DNA of 64,000 bases from positions 97,198 through 161,197 of the forward strand of contig NVWO01000001.1 in the NCBI GenBank assembly GCA_002746255.1. The letters are read 5' to 3'. Made by a program: the position numbers and the translations under genes. The DNA is from Rhodospirillaceae bacterium (GTDB lineage Bacteria > Pseudomonadota > Alphaproteobacteria > GCA-2746255). Position 1 is the first letter of the stretch, and each line of letters starts with the position of its first letter. Shown piece after piece: positions 32,189 to 42,714 of this stretch. The notes under the pieces were generated by a model that saw only the letters and a program-made list of their open reading frames with translations, was not told where the DNA came from and searched no databases.

Positions 32189-32656
32189 ATGTCTCTCAAG
32201 AATGTCGTCGCAAGGCAATATCAGGAAAAGGTGGACCGGGCAGCGCAGGCTGCGCGCCAGGTCGGCATGCCCGCAGAGGGGTGGATATGCACGGTACGAA
32301 AAGCGCTGAATATGTCTGCCGCAGAGCTGGCGCGGCGGCTTGGTAAAAGTCGAGCGCTCGTATCCAAGACCGAAAAAGCCGAGCTTGATGGCGGCGTGAC
32401 GTTGAAAACCATGAAGGGCATGGCCGAGGCCATGGGGTGCCGGTTTGTCTACGCCATCGTGCCTGATAAGAGCATTGAGGACCTTCTAGCGGCGCAGGCC
32501 AGCAAGAAGGCGTGTCTGCTTGTCGAAAAATCAGGCCAACACATGGCGCTGGAAGCACAAAATCTGACGCCGGAACAAATGGACGCAGAGGAAAAGCGCA
32601 TCGCTCAAGAACTCATGCGCGATATGCCTTCGGATTTCTGGAGGGATAGATCATGA
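32189..32656 (+). CDS. XRE-family HTH protein (mobile mystery protein A-like, probable antitoxin/regulator of Fic)
   Basis: HTH_3-like segment MSAAELARRLGKSRALVSKTE. 155 aa. 4-nt overlap with the downstream Fic gene. Confidence 0.65.
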   Translation: MSLKNVVARQYQEKVDRAAQAARQVGMPAEGWICTVRKALNMSAAELARRLGKSRALVSKTEKAELDGGVTLKTMKGMAEAMGCRFVYAIVPDKSIEDLLAAQASKKACLLVEKSGQHMALEAQNLTPEQMDAEEKRIAQELMRDMPSDFWRDRS

Positions 32657-33240
32657 AAATGGATTATCCAGAAGGGGCGACGCCGCTTGATCCGGACGAA
32701 ATGGAAGGTCTGAAATTCAAGCACGTGACGACCAGGGGAGAGCTTGACCAATTGGAGCAGGCCAATATTCAGAACGGCCTCGTTTGGTTATCACACAGCC
32801 GGGAAAAAGATATCTTGAGCGAAGCGTTTGTTCGCAAGCTTCACGAGCAGCTCTTTGGCGAGGTCTGGAAATGGGCAGGCTCTTTCAGGCGCACCGGAAA
32901 GAATATCGGTGTTGATCCGCTGGCCATTAGCGTTGAGCTGCGGACACTTCTGGATGATATGCGCTATTGGGCTGAGCACGATACCTATCCGGAGATGGAA
33001 GCTGCTATTCGGTTCCATCACCGACTCGTTTTCATTCATCCGTTTCCCGACGGCAATGGCCGTCATGCCCGGATCATGACCGACGCTGTTTTGCAAAAGA
33101 TATTCGATAAAGAACCCATTGACTGGTCGGGTGGTCATGATCTTCAGGCCATGAACGAACGCCGAACCGAATACATTGTCGCTTTGAGGGCTGCTGATCG
33201 TGGTGACTATGTTCCAATCTTCAAGTTTGCAAGGTTGTAG
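32653..33240 (+). CDS. Fic/DOC family protein (mobile mystery protein B-like)
   Basis: Canonical Fic motif HPFPDGNGRHAR (HxFx(D/E)GNGRxxR). 195 aa. Confidence 0.85.
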   Translation: MKMDYPEGATPLDPDEMEGLKFKHVTTRGELDQLEQANIQNGLVWLSHSREKDILSEAFVRKLHEQLFGEVWKWAGSFRRTGKNIGVDPLAISVELRTLLDDMRYWAEHDTYPEMEAAIRFHHRLVFIHPFPDGNGRHARIMTDAVLQKIFDKEPIDWSGGHDLQAMNERRTEYIVALRAADRGDYVPIFKFARL

Positions 33241-33490
33241 ATTATTTTATGAGTGTGCTCAGGGCTTTGTGCCTGGCTGTCTTTTGATGAAGAAGGAAGC
33301 TTCTGCAAGCTGGCGAGACGGTCATCTATGGTTTGGGCTCGGGGAAAATCGTGATCAATAACGAATGACATAACAATATTTGCAATGAATCAGTCTGATC
33401 GAAATATAGAATTTGAGAATATGTCAGTTCCGCATTCTTGGTTTCTTGTAGCAAATGAGCTCCATGAACAAGCGATGGACTTGTCTGAAT

Positions 33491-33600
33491 AGATAGGCGC
33501 AAAACCGTTCGACCGCGCCCACCGAATGGCGTCATTTGGCGGCCTGTAAGCGGGGTTGCCTCGCATTTCTGAGCCTTGTTTCATTAGACTGACAGCACCT
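33491..33600. repeat. Left copy of ~100-bp imperfect direct repeat flanking the type I R-M cassette
   Basis: About 80-85% identity to 40948-41047. Shared core CCGAATGGCGTCAWTTGGCGGCCTG..AGCG.GGTTGCCT.GC.TTT.TGAG.CTTGTTT.ATTA...CTGACAGCA. Confidence 0.6.
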
Positions 33601-33696
33601 CAGCAGGCTATGGTTTTACCATCCACGGTGTAGGCCATATCCGGTCGCCATTTGTCGTTTCACAAGAACACCTGCAACAAGGAACCATTCGCACTC

Positions 33697-35439
33697 ATGA
33701 GCGACCCTAACCTTTCTGCCTTCATCTGGTCTGTCGCCGATCTTCTACGCGGGGATTACAAGCAATCGGAATACGGCAAGGTCATCCTGCCGTTTACCGT
33801 GCTCCGCCGTCTTGATTGCGTCCTGGAGCCGACCAAGGTCGACGTCCTGACCGAGTTGGCTAAACGCGAGAAGGCCGGGTTGAACCCAGAGCCGTTCCTG
33901 CTGCGTAAGGCGGGTGAACTTTTCTATAACACCTCACCGCTTGACCTGAAAAAACTGATGGGCGATCAGGACCACATCGGTGAGAACCTTCGCGCCTATA
34001 TGCAGGCCTTCTCGCCCGCCGTGCGTGACATCTTTGAGAGCTTCGAGTTTCATATCCAGATCGACCGGCTCGACAAGGCCAACCTGCTCTATCTGGTCAC
34101 GGAGAAGTTTGCCAATATCGACCTCCACCCGGACGTCGTCAGCAACGCCCAGATGGGCGCTGTGTTTGAGGAATTGATCCGCAAGTTCGCAGAGCTGTCC
34201 AACGAAACCGCCGGCGAGCACTTCACGCCCCGTGAGGTCATTCGCCTGATGGTCAATCTCCTGTTCATTGAGGATGACGACGCGCTGTCCAAGCCCGGTG
34301 TGGTCCGTTCGCTGTATGATCCCACCGCTGGCACCGGTGGCATGCTGAGCGTCGCCGAGGAGCACCTCGCCAGCCACAATCCGGATGCCCGGCTGGTTAT
34401 GTATGGGCAAGAGTTGAACCCAGAGTCCTACGCCATCTGCAAGGCTGACATGCTTATCAAGGGCCAGGACATTGCCAACATCATATTCGGCAACACCTTG
34501 TCCAACGACGGCCTGGGTGGACAGCATTTTGACTACATGCTGTCCAATCCGCCCTTTGGCGTGGAGTGGAAGAAGATCAAGCAGGAAATCGTCAAGGAAG
34601 CCGAGGAGAAGGGGTTCGATGGCCGCTTCGGCCCCGGCCTGCCGCGTATCAGTGACGGCTCGCTACTGTTCCTGCTCCATCTCGTCTCAAAGATGCGGCC
34701 CGCTGTCGATGGCGGCAGCCGCTTTGGCATCGTGCTCAATGGCTCGCCGCTGTTTACCGGTGGTGCGGGATCGGGCGAGAGCGAGATACGCCGTTACATG
34801 CTGGAGAACGACCTTGTCGAGGCCATCATCAGCCTGCCAAAGGACATGTTTTACAACACCGGCATCAGCACCTATATCTGGATCGTCAGCAACCGCAAGC
34901 CTGCCGCCCGCAAAGGCAAGCTACAGCTTATCGACGCCAGCAGCTTCTGGCATAAGATGCGCAAGAGCCTCGGCAGCAAGCGCAGGGAACTCGGCCCCGA
35001 GCATATCGAGGATATTACCCGCCTGTTCGGCGGTTTCGAGGAGTCTACCCGCGACGACGTCCCCATCAGCCGCATATTTGATAACGAGGACTTCGGCTAC
35101 CGCACGATCACTGTAGAGCGTCCCAAGCGCGATGAGGCAGGTGAGGTCGTGATTGGCCTTAAAGGCAAGGGCAAAGGCAAACCCGTTCCGGACACCAGCC
35201 TGCGTGATACCGAAAATGTGCCGCTTAGCGAGGAAGTGGAGACGTATTTTGAACGCGAGGTCCTGCCCCACGCCCCAGATGCGTGGATCGACGACGCCAA
35301 GAGCAAAATCGGTTACGAAATACCTTTCAACCGGCATTTCTATGTATTCAAGCCACCGCGTCCGCTTGATGAGATTGATGCCGAGCTAAAAGGCGTCACC
35401 GACAGAATTCTGACCATGATCAAAGGGCTGACGGCATGA
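33697..35439 (+). CDS. hsdM: Type I restriction-modification system methyltransferase subunit HsdM
   Basis: HsdM N-terminal domain ([11 protein letters not shown]), SAM-binding region, and N6-adenine MTase motif IV LSNPPFG. Track ORF starts at TTG 33652. ATG 33697 has an AAGGAA RBS. Confidence 0.9.
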   Translation: MSDPNLSAFIWSVADLLRGDYKQSEYGKVILPFTVLRRLDCVLEPTKVDVLTELAKREKAGLNPEPFLLRKAGELFYNTSPLDLKKLMGDQDHIGENLRAYMQAFSPAVRDIFESFEFHIQIDRLDKANLLYLVTEKFANIDLHPDVVSNAQMGAVFEELIRKFAELSNETAGEHFTPREVIRLMVNLLFIEDDDALSKPGVVRSLYDPTAGTGGMLSVAEEHLASHNPDARLVMYGQELNPESYAICKADMLIKGQDIANIIFGNTLSNDGLGGQHFDYMLSNPPFGVEWKKIKQEIVKEAEEKGFDGRFGPGLPRISDGSLLFLLHLVSKMRPAVDGGSRFGIVLNGSPLFTGGAGSGESEIRRYMLENDLVEAIISLPKDMFYNTGISTYIWIVSNRKPAARKGKLQLIDASSFWHKMRKSLGSKRRELGPEHIEDITRLFGGFEESTRDDVPISRIFDNEDFGYRTITVERPKRDEAGEVVIGLKGKGKGKPVPDTSLRDTENVPLSEEVETYFEREVLPHAPDAWIDDAKSKIGYEIPFNRHFYVFKPPRPLDEIDAELKGVTDRILTMIKGLTA

Positions 35440-36743
35440 GTTTTCCGCGTTACCCGGCCTACAAGGACAGCGGCGTGGAATGGCTGGGGGACGTGCCGGG
35501 GCAATGGGAGGTGGTGCCACTTAAGTATATTTCCACTCACAACGACGATGTGCTTGTTGAAAGCACTGACCCGAACAACGAGATTACCTATGTAGATATT
35601 TCCAGCGTGGACGGGGTGAACGGAATCGCTACGAAAGAAACAATGTCATTCTCAGCTGCTCCTTCAAGGGCACGGCGGCGCGTTAGGCATGGCGATGTGA
35701 TCGTCTCAACGGTTCGCACTTATCTCAAGGCAATTGCCGTAGTTCGTGACCCAGAAGACAGCCTCATTGTCTCGACTGGTTTTGCTGTAATACGACCGCG
35801 AGATGAACTTACACCTAACTATTTAGGTTTTTTGGTTTTCGCTAGTTACTTTGTCGAACAGATCATCGTCCGCTCAAAGGGCGTGAGTTACCCCGCAATC
35901 AACGCCGGTGAACTCGTCGCTATTTCGGTGCCACTTCCTTCACCCCCCGAACAAACCGCCATCGCTGCCTTCCTGGACCGCGAAACGGCAAAGATCGATG
36001 GGCTGGTGGCTGAGCAGCGGCGGCTGATTGACCTGCTGAAAGAAAAACGCCACACCGTCATCTCCCACGCCGTCACCAAAGGCCTGAACCCCGATGCCCC
36101 GATGAAGCCTTCCGGTATAGAATGGCTGGGGGACGTGCCGGAGCATTGGGAACTTCGAAAACTCTCGCAGTTATTTCGCGCAGGAAAAGGTAAGAACGGA
36201 CAAAAACTAACGAAGGAATATTGCGCCGCCAATGAAGGTGAATATCCGGTTTATAGTGGCCAGACTGAAAACGAAGGCGTCATGGGTACATGGGATCAGT
36301 TTGAATTTGACTTCGAAGATACGGGTGTTTTGTTTTCGACGACTGTTGGCGCGAAGGCCATGAATCTGCAGCAACTTTTTGGACGGTTCAGTCTGTCGCA
36401 AAACTGTATGATCATTTGGCCGACGTCGAGCCGATGCATTACGCGGTTTTTCTTTTACCACCTCCAGCCATTGTTTCGGTATCAGCGAGCCATGATTCCT
36501 GATCACATGCAGGCGTCTTTTAGGGTGGAAGATTTGTACGGATATTTCATTGCATTACCGCCAAGCGAAGAACAAACCGCCATCGCCGCCTTCCTCGACC
36601 GCGAAACGGCAAAGCTCGATGAGCTAATAGACGAAGCTCAACGCGCTGTGGATCTGCTGCAAGAACGCCGGACCGCGCTAATTTCTGCCGCCGTCACCGG
36701 CAAGATTGATGTTCGCGGGCTTGCCGATATGGAGGCCGCATGA
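35436..36743 (+). CDS. hsdS: Type I R-M specificity subunit HsdS (two TRDs)
   Basis: Two target-recognition domains separated by conserved repeats ([29 protein letters not shown] and [29 protein letters not shown]). ATGA overlaps on both sides. Confidence 0.85.
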   Translation: MSFPRYPAYKDSGVEWLGDVPGQWEVVPLKYISTHNDDVLVESTDPNNEITYVDISSVDGVNGIATKETMSFSAAPSRARRRVRHGDVIVSTVRTYLKAIAVVRDPEDSLIVSTGFAVIRPRDELTPNYLGFLVFASYFVEQIIVRSKGVSYPAINAGELVAISVPLPSPPEQTAIAAFLDRETAKIDGLVAEQRRLIDLLKEKRHTVISHAVTKGLNPDAPMKPSGIEWLGDVPEHWELRKLSQLFRAGKGKNGQKLTKEYCAANEGEYPVYSGQTENEGVMGTWDQFEFDFEDTGVLFSTTVGAKAMNLQQLFGRFSLSQNCMIIWPTSSRCITRFFFYHLQPLFRYQRAMIPDHMQASFRVEDLYGYFIALPPSEEQTAIAAFLDRETAKLDELIDEAQRAVDLLQERRTALISAAVTGKIDVRGLADMEAA

Positions 36744-37714
36744 TTGCCAAGCTTGAACGTGTGCCACTTCGGGAAGTCTGGAAGCATGAGGCTTATGACT
36801 TCACCCAGTGGCTTGAAGAAAACATCGACATTCTGAGCGAAGCGATAGACTTGACGCTTGTTAATGCCGAACGAGAAAAGAAAACAGAGAGTAGTTTCAG
36901 TGTTGATCTGGTCGCGGAAGATGAAAGCGGCGCGACCGTTATCATTGAGAACCAGCTAGAGAAGAGCAATCACGACCACCTCGGCAAGCTAATTACTTAT
37001 TTGACGGCGATGCAGGCTCGCACCGCGATTTGGATTGTCTCAGAACCTCGCCCGGAGCATGTGGCCGCAATCGTATGGCTGAACGAGTCTTCCAGTGCCG
37101 ATTTCTACTTACTAAAGATCGAGGCGATCCGTATCGGGGATTCGGCTCCCGCGCCTCTGCTGACGGTGATTGTAGGTCCGTCAGAAGAAGGTAAATCCGT
37201 GGGCCGTAGAAAGCAGGAGAGCGGCGAGCGTTATGACATCCGTCATCGATTCTGGTCACAACTGGTCCAGCACCCGAACGCCAAACTGCACAAACACATC
37301 ACACCGGGTAAGTACGCCTGGATCGGGCTCGGATCAGGAATGCGAGGGGTCGGGTTCAACTACGCAACCACCAAAGAACAATCGGGCGCCGAGGTCTACA
37401 TAGACCGGGGCAAGGAGTTGCGTGACGAAAATCTTGCGATCTTCGACCAGTTTCACGCGAAGAAAGACGAAATTGAGAAAGCTTTTGGCGGTCCATTGAG
37501 CTGGGAACGACTGGAAGGAAGACGAGCGTGCCAGATTCGTGCGCGTGTTGATGGCGGATACCGTAATCCAGAGGAACAGTGGAACGAAATCCACGGACGA
37601 ATGACGGATGCCATGAACAGGCTCGTTGACACGATCAGGCCGCAACTGAGGCACCTTCGAATTAAAAGTTCGTTGGAAAATGTTGGGTCCGAAGGTGCCA
37701 AACTATCGCCATGA
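36740..37714 (+). CDS. NucS-like PD-(D/E)xK / DUF4268-type protein embedded between hsdS and hsdR
   Basis: N-terminus LREVWKHEAYDFTQWL...VDLVAEDESGATVIIENQLEKSNHDHLGKLITY is the (D)...ENQ...HDHLG signature of a family often found inside type I R-M operons. ATGA-coupled to both neighbours. Confidence 0.6.
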   Translation: MIAKLERVPLREVWKHEAYDFTQWLEENIDILSEAIDLTLVNAEREKKTESSFSVDLVAEDESGATVIIENQLEKSNHDHLGKLITYLTAMQARTAIWIVSEPRPEHVAAIVWLNESSSADFYLLKIEAIRIGDSAPAPLLTVIVGPSEEGKSVGRRKQESGERYDIRHRFWSQLVQHPNAKLHKHITPGKYAWIGLGSGMRGVGFNYATTKEQSGAEVYIDRGKELRDENLAIFDQFHAKKDEIEKAFGGPLSWERLEGRRACQIRARVDGGYRNPEEQWNEIHGRMTDAMNRLVDTIRPQLRHLRIKSSLENVGSEGAKLSP

Positions 37715-40700
37715 ACCTGCACAAAGAAATCAGCTTCGAAGCGGAGATTTGTGAATATCTCGCCCAGCACGGCTGGCTCTATGCCGAGGGCGATGCGAAG
37801 GCCTACGACCGGGCGCGGGCGCTGTTCCCGGCGGATGTGCTTGCATGGGTGCAGGCAGCTCAACCCAAGGCCTGGGAAACCCTGACCAAGAACCACGGTG
37901 CGCAGGCCGGTGAGACGCTGTTGACGCGTTTACGGGATCAGCTCGACCAGCGCGGCACACTGGATGTGTTGCGCCACGGCATCGAATTGCTGGGCCTGCA
38001 GAAGCCATTGCTGGTAGCACAGTTCAAGCCCGCGCTGGCCATCAACCCAGATATCCTCAAACGTTACGCCGTCAATCGTCTGCGGGTGGTTCGCCAAGTG
38101 CGATATTCGCTACACAACGAGAACAGCATTGACTTCGTGCTGTTCCTAAACGGCCTGCCGATGGCGACAGTGGAACTGAAGACGGACTTCACCCAGAGCA
38201 TTCATGACGCAATCGATCAGTATCGCTTCGACCGCAACCCAAAACCCAAGGGGCAAGCTGCTGAGCCTCTGCTGTCCTTCCCGAATGGTGCGCTGGTGCA
38301 TTTCGCGGTGAGCAACAGCGAGGTCCACATGGTGACCAAGCTGGCTGGCCCCGCCACGGTGTTCCTGCCGTTCAACCAGGGGAACGAGGGGGCAGCAGGT
38401 AACCCAGTGAACCCGGCAGGTGGCCACCGCACGGCATATCTTTGGGAGCAAGTATGGGAACGCGATAGCTGGCTGGAAATCCTGGGCCGCTACATGGTCG
38501 CCGAACGGGATAAAAAGAAGAAGATCAACAAGATCATCTTCCCCCGGTTTCACCAGCTCGACGCAACACGCAAGATACAGGCCGCCGTATTGCAGGACGG
38601 CCCGGGGGGCAAATATCTGATTCAGCACTCGGCTGGCTCGGGCAAGACCAACTCCATCGCTTGGTCCGCGCACTTCCTCGCAGAACTGCACGACGCCGAG
38701 AACAAGAAGGTCTTTGACACTGTGGTTGTGGTCTCCGACCGCAATGTCATTGACGCCCAACTTCAGGACGCCCTTTTCGATTTCGAGAGGCAAACCGGCG
38801 TCGTGGCAAAGATCACGTCGGAGGAAAGCAGCAAGAGTGCCGCCCTGGCCGACGCCCTATCCGGGACCAAGAAGATCGTCGTCTGTACCATCCAGACCTT
38901 CCCCTTTGCCATGAATGCCGTGCACGAACTTTCGGCCACTCAGAACAAACGCTTTGCGGTGATTGCCGACGAGGCCCACAGCTCGCAAACCGGCGAAGCT
39001 GCGGCGAAGCTGAAGGCGGTGCTGACCGCAGAGGAGCTTGAGGAACTGGGCGACGGCGGAGAGGTCAGTACGGAGGATATCCTGGCGGCTGAAATGGCGG
39101 CGCGGGCCGATGATGATGGCATCACGTATGTAGCGTTCACGGCGACGCCGAAAAACAAGACCATTGAAATCTTCGGCACCCGGCCCGACCCCTCGCGCAA
39201 ACCGGCGAAGGATAATGTGCCGACGCCATTTCACGTCTACTCCATGCGCCAGGCCATAGAGGAAGGGTTCATCCTCGACGTGCTGCAGAACTACACCCCT
39301 TACAGCTTGGCGTTCAAGCTGGCCCAAGGGGGCAAGGAGATCGACGAGAAAGAGGTCGAACGCAGTACCGCACTTAAAAAGATTATGGGTTGGGTGAAGC
39401 TCCACCCGTACAACATCGCGCAGAAAGTACAAATCGTCGTCGAGCACTATCGCGAATACGTGGCCCCGATGCTGAACGGGCAGGCCAAGGCGATGGTCGT
39501 CGTCAGCAGTCGGCTGGAAGCGGTGCGTTGGAAACTGGCCATCGAGAAGTACATCAAGGAGCAGAGTTACCAGATCGGGACGCTGGTGGCCTTCTCTGGC
39601 GAGGTGAATGACAAGGAATCTGGACCAGATGGTTTCAAAGAGAACGGCAAGATTTTGAATCCCAACCTGAAGGGACGCGACATCCGCGAGGCGTTCAAAG
39701 GCAGCGAGTATCAAATCCTGCTTGTGGCAAACAAGTTCCAGACGGGCTTCGACCAACCGTTGTTATGTGCGATGTACGTCGATAAACGGTTGGCGGGCAT
39801 CCAGGCCGTGCAGACCTTATCGCGCTTGAACCGCGCCTATCCCGATAAAGACAAGACCTACGTGCTGGACTTTGTGAACGATACAGATGAGGTCCTGGAG
39901 GCCTTCAAGGCGTATCACACCACGGCAGAACTCTCGGCAACGACCGACCCAAACCTCGTCTTTAACCTTCGTGCCAAGCTCGATGCCGCTGGGCACTACG
40001 ACAGCTTCGAGGTCGACCGCGTTGTTGAAGTGGAACTCGACCCTAACGCGAAGCAAAGCCAATTGGTTGCTGCGCTGGAGCCAGTACAAGACCGCCTGAT
40101 GAAGCGCTACAAGGCCGCTCAGCAAGCCTTGCAGGTTGCCAGGGAAAGTGGGGATGACGCAGCCATCACGGTCGCTCAGGACGAACAGAACGCGCTGATC
40201 CTGTTCAAGGCGGACATGGGCGCTTACTTGAGGCTATACACTTTCCTGTCGCAAATCTTTGACTACGGAAATACCGATATTGAAAAACGCGCCATCTTTT
40301 ACAAGCGCCTGATCCCGCTGCTGGAGTTTGGCCGAGAGCGCGAGGGTATTGACCTCTCTAAAGTCACCTTGACCCATCATCACCTGAAAGACCTCGGTAA
40401 GCGAAACTTACCTTTGTCCGATGGCAAGACGCCCAAACTTGACCCGATCACCGAAGCAGGCAGCGGCAGTGTTCAGGAAAAAGAGAAAGCTCTCCTCAAC
40501 GAGATCATCGAGAAGGTGAACGACCTCTTCGAGGGCGAGCTGACAGACCAAGACAAACTGATTTATGTGAACGATGTGATCAAAGGGAAGTTGCTGGAGT
40601 CGAATACGTTGAGGCAACAGGCGACAAACAACACGAAAGAACAGTTCGCCAACTCACCGGACCTCCAAACCGAGCTGATGAACGCAATCATGGGTGCACT

Positions 40701-40824
40701 GGACGCACATAATTCAATGAGCACGCAGGCTCTAAACTCCGATAAGGTCCAGCGCGGACTGAAGGACGTATTGTTGAACACCGTTGGGCTTTACGAGTCG
40801 CTGCGCGATCAGTCTGCAAGTTAA
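37711..40824 (+). CDS. hsdR: Type I restriction endonuclease subunit HsdR
   Basis: HSDR_N nuclease region. SF2 helicase Walker A HSAGSGKT and DEAH box VIADEAHSSQ. Helicase C domain. 1037 aa. Confidence 0.9.
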   Translation: MNLHKEISFEAEICEYLAQHGWLYAEGDAKAYDRARALFPADVLAWVQAAQPKAWETLTKNHGAQAGETLLTRLRDQLDQRGTLDVLRHGIELLGLQKPLLVAQFKPALAINPDILKRYAVNRLRVVRQVRYSLHNENSIDFVLFLNGLPMATVELKTDFTQSIHDAIDQYRFDRNPKPKGQAAEPLLSFPNGALVHFAVSNSEVHMVTKLAGPATVFLPFNQGNEGAAGNPVNPAGGHRTAYLWEQVWERDSWLEILGRYMVAERDKKKKINKIIFPRFHQLDATRKIQAAVLQDGPGGKYLIQHSAGSGKTNSIAWSAHFLAELHDAENKKVFDTVVVVSDRNVIDAQLQDALFDFERQTGVVAKITSEESSKSAALADALSGTKKIVVCTIQTFPFAMNAVHELSATQNKRFAVIADEAHSSQTGEAAAKLKAVLTAEELEELGDGGEVSTEDILAAEMAARADDDGITYVAFTATPKNKTIEIFGTRPDPSRKPAKDNVPTPFHVYSMRQAIEEGFILDVLQNYTPYSLAFKLAQGGKEIDEKEVERSTALKKIMGWVKLHPYNIAQKVQIVVEHYREYVAPMLNGQAKAMVVVSSRLEAVRWKLAIEKYIKEQSYQIGTLVAFSGEVNDKESGPDGFKENGKILNPNLKGRDIREAFKGSEYQILLVANKFQTGFDQPLLCAMYVDKRLAGIQAVQTLSRLNRAYPDKDKTYVLDFVNDTDEVLEAFKAYHTTAELSATTDPNLVFNLRAKLDAAGHYDSFEVDRVVEVELDPNAKQSQLVAALEPVQDRLMKRYKAAQQALQVARESGDDAAITVAQDEQNALILFKADMGAYLRLYTFLSQIFDYGNTDIEKRAIFYKRLIPLLEFGREREGIDLSKVTLTHHHLKDLGKRNLPLSDGKTPKLDPITEAGSGSVQEKEKALLNEIIEKVNDLFEGELTDQDKLIYVNDVIKGKLLESNTLRQQATNNTKEQFANSPDLQTELMNAIMGALDAHNSMSTQALNSDKVQRGLKDVLLNTVGLYESLRDQSAS

Positions 40825-40947
40825 CCTGTCTGACGCCCGGTATTCCAAGTCTATGAAAAAGACCCTGCAAAAGTTCGCAGCCGCTCATGCCTTGATCCAC
40901 AATCATTTCAACCACGACTGCTGCCTCAACCGCCGCGATATTTTCAA

Positions 40948-41047
40948 GCAGAACCGTTCTGCCGCTCTGGCCGAATGGCGTCAATTGGCGGCCTGAAAGC
41001 GAGGTTGCCTGGCGTTTATGAGGCTTGTTTAATTATGCTGACAGCAT
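40948..41047. repeat. Right copy of ~100-bp imperfect direct repeat flanking the type I R-M cassette
   Basis: See 33491-33600. Begins inside the last codons of hsdR and extends about 220 nt into the downstream intergenic region. Confidence 0.6.
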
Positions 41048-41243
41048 CCTTTAGCTAGCTAAAGCTCCATAAGCCATTCAAAATGGGCGTTGGCTCTTGA
41101 TCACAGAGGAGGCGCGGCGCTGGATGACAGGAGACAATATCGAGCCCCATTAATATCTATTTTTCCGGAGCATCGGGCTATATTTGTAGGAAAATAATGC
41201 GCCAATCTTCCACTGACTAAAATACGGATAACTCAGAAGCCCA

Positions 41244-42344
41244 ATGAAATTTTTCACGAAAGACGAAATGGCGAAGTCTGAAAGACTTCGCCTAAAGCAA
41301 GAACGGAAGGGCTTTCTCCGGAAGCTAACTGTTGAAGAGCATGAAAATCTAAAGAACCAACTGATACTACGCTCGCATCATCAAATTTCTGCCAGCTTGG
41401 TGCCACAGAAAAACCGAGTGTCTATTGAGTTGCCGAAGGAAATCTCACTGGCAAACAACTACGAACCTACAATCAAATTTATAAACCAACTGCGGAATAC
41501 TGTCTTGACCAAGCGGCTTCCAGTTTTTCTGCATTTTGATAATGTTGCATCAGTTAGTCCAGCCGCGGCACTTCTTATGACCGCTGAAATATATAGGTGT
41601 AGAAATCTGCGACCCGGCCGTGCAGGATTGGTGCCCGTTAACGGAAATTGGCCTTCAGACAAAAAGGCTCGCAAAGTCCTTAGTGATATGGGCTTTTACA
41701 AGCTCATGCAGCTGCCAAACAACCTTTCTGTTCTGAATGCAAAAGAGATGGACAATACAATCCATTTAGGCTTTGCCACATTTAACCACGTAGATGCAGA
41801 ACAAATAGCCTTTTTTCATCACAATCTATTAGAAAAAATCGATTTCAATCTAACAAATATGGAAAGCAAAAGGCTTCAAGGTGCAATAATTGAAGCCATC
41901 GGGAATGCATCGGAGCACGCCTATAAAATTAAAACAGAGCATCAATTTTTAAGTAATAGGTCGTGGATATCAGGATACGTTGATGTTCCAAATAAAGAGC
42001 TTATGTTCATGGTGTTAGATCAAGGCGTAGGTATCCCGAAGACACTTGATCCCACCCTTATTGAACGAGCGTTATCGATCGGAAAGTTTCGTGGCTCGAC
42101 GCCAACAGATTCTGAATTGATTGAACGTGCAGCTGAGTTTCGACGGACATCAACAGGGAATAGCGGTAGAGGAAAAGGTGTTGAGACGATGAAGCGTTTT
42201 ATTCGCACCATCGACGATGGCGAACTCAAGATATTTAGCAATCGTGGCCTTTATAGATATTCGTCTGCTGGAGCCGAGACTAGGGATGATCACGATGGAT
42301 CAATTGGCGGAACGTTAGTACAATGGCGACTGCATCAGCAATAA
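41244..42344 (+). CDS. GHKL-superfamily ATPase (histidine-kinase-like ATPase domain without HisKA), unknown N-terminal domain
   Basis: C-terminal Bergerat-fold motifs: N-box EAIGNASEHAY, G1 VLDQGVGIP, G2 GNSGRGKGV. No phospho-acceptor His box was recognised. 366 aa. Confidence 0.6.
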   Translation: MKFFTKDEMAKSERLRLKQERKGFLRKLTVEEHENLKNQLILRSHHQISASLVPQKNRVSIELPKEISLANNYEPTIKFINQLRNTVLTKRLPVFLHFDNVASVSPAAALLMTAEIYRCRNLRPGRAGLVPVNGNWPSDKKARKVLSDMGFYKLMQLPNNLSVLNAKEMDNTIHLGFATFNHVDAEQIAFFHHNLLEKIDFNLTNMESKRLQGAIIEAIGNASEHAYKIKTEHQFLSNRSWISGYVDVPNKELMFMVLDQGVGIPKTLDPTLIERALSIGKFRGSTPTDSELIERAAEFRRTSTGNSGRGKGVETMKRFIRTIDDGELKIFSNRGLYRYSSAGAETRDDHDGSIGGTLVQWRLHQQ

Positions 42345-42379
42345 TGAATTCTGATAGACTCTAAGTTGGATGTGAACGG

Positions 42380-42709
42380 GTGGATAGCAATAGACATTTG
42401 ATATCGGTGCCCAAAGATTTTTCAAAAACGCCGGGCACAAGATATATTAAGCAAGGGCCGTGCAGCGGTGAAAAATTCAGGACGTCTTGTCTGATTCCTG
42501 CGCTTGAAAAATACGACTTGTTGATTGTCGATCTAGACGGCACTGCCGGCTACGGTTCATCTTTCATTGATGAAGCATTTGGGGGGCTGATCCGAAGAGA
42601 AGGATTCAATGCTGAAGATTTATTGCGCCGTATAAAAATCAAATCGGACGAGGAAATCGAACTCATAGCCGATGTGAAAAAGGCTTTCCGTGATGCTCGG
42701 CCGAATTAG
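42380..42709 (+). CDS. STAS-like (DUF4325-type, anti-sigma-antagonist-like) small protein
   Basis: 109 aa. The segment KYDLLIVDLDGTAGYGSSFIDEAFGGLI resembles STAS/SpoIIAA-like DUF4325 proteins that pair with GHKL ATPases. This is a similarity judgement, not a search result. Confidence 0.45.
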   Translation: MDSNRHLISVPKDFSKTPGTRYIKQGPCSGEKFRTSCLIPALEKYDLLIVDLDGTAGYGSSFIDEAFGGLIRREGFNAEDLLRRIKIKSDEEIELIADVKKAFRDARPN

Positions 42710-42714
42710 ACGAT

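Noticed and set aside
40784-40996. 70-aa plus-strand ORF straddling the hsdR stop
   Set aside because: It overlaps the hsdR 3' end in another frame. The only notable feature is that its last codons fall in the right direct repeat. It is treated as non-coding and the repeat is reported instead.
41244-42344. GHKL ATPase considered as a sensor histidine kinase of a two-component system
   Set aside because: No HisKA/H-box, no TM sensor region and no response-regulator gene nearby. The STAS-like neighbour favours a partner-switching anti-sigma-like ATPase.
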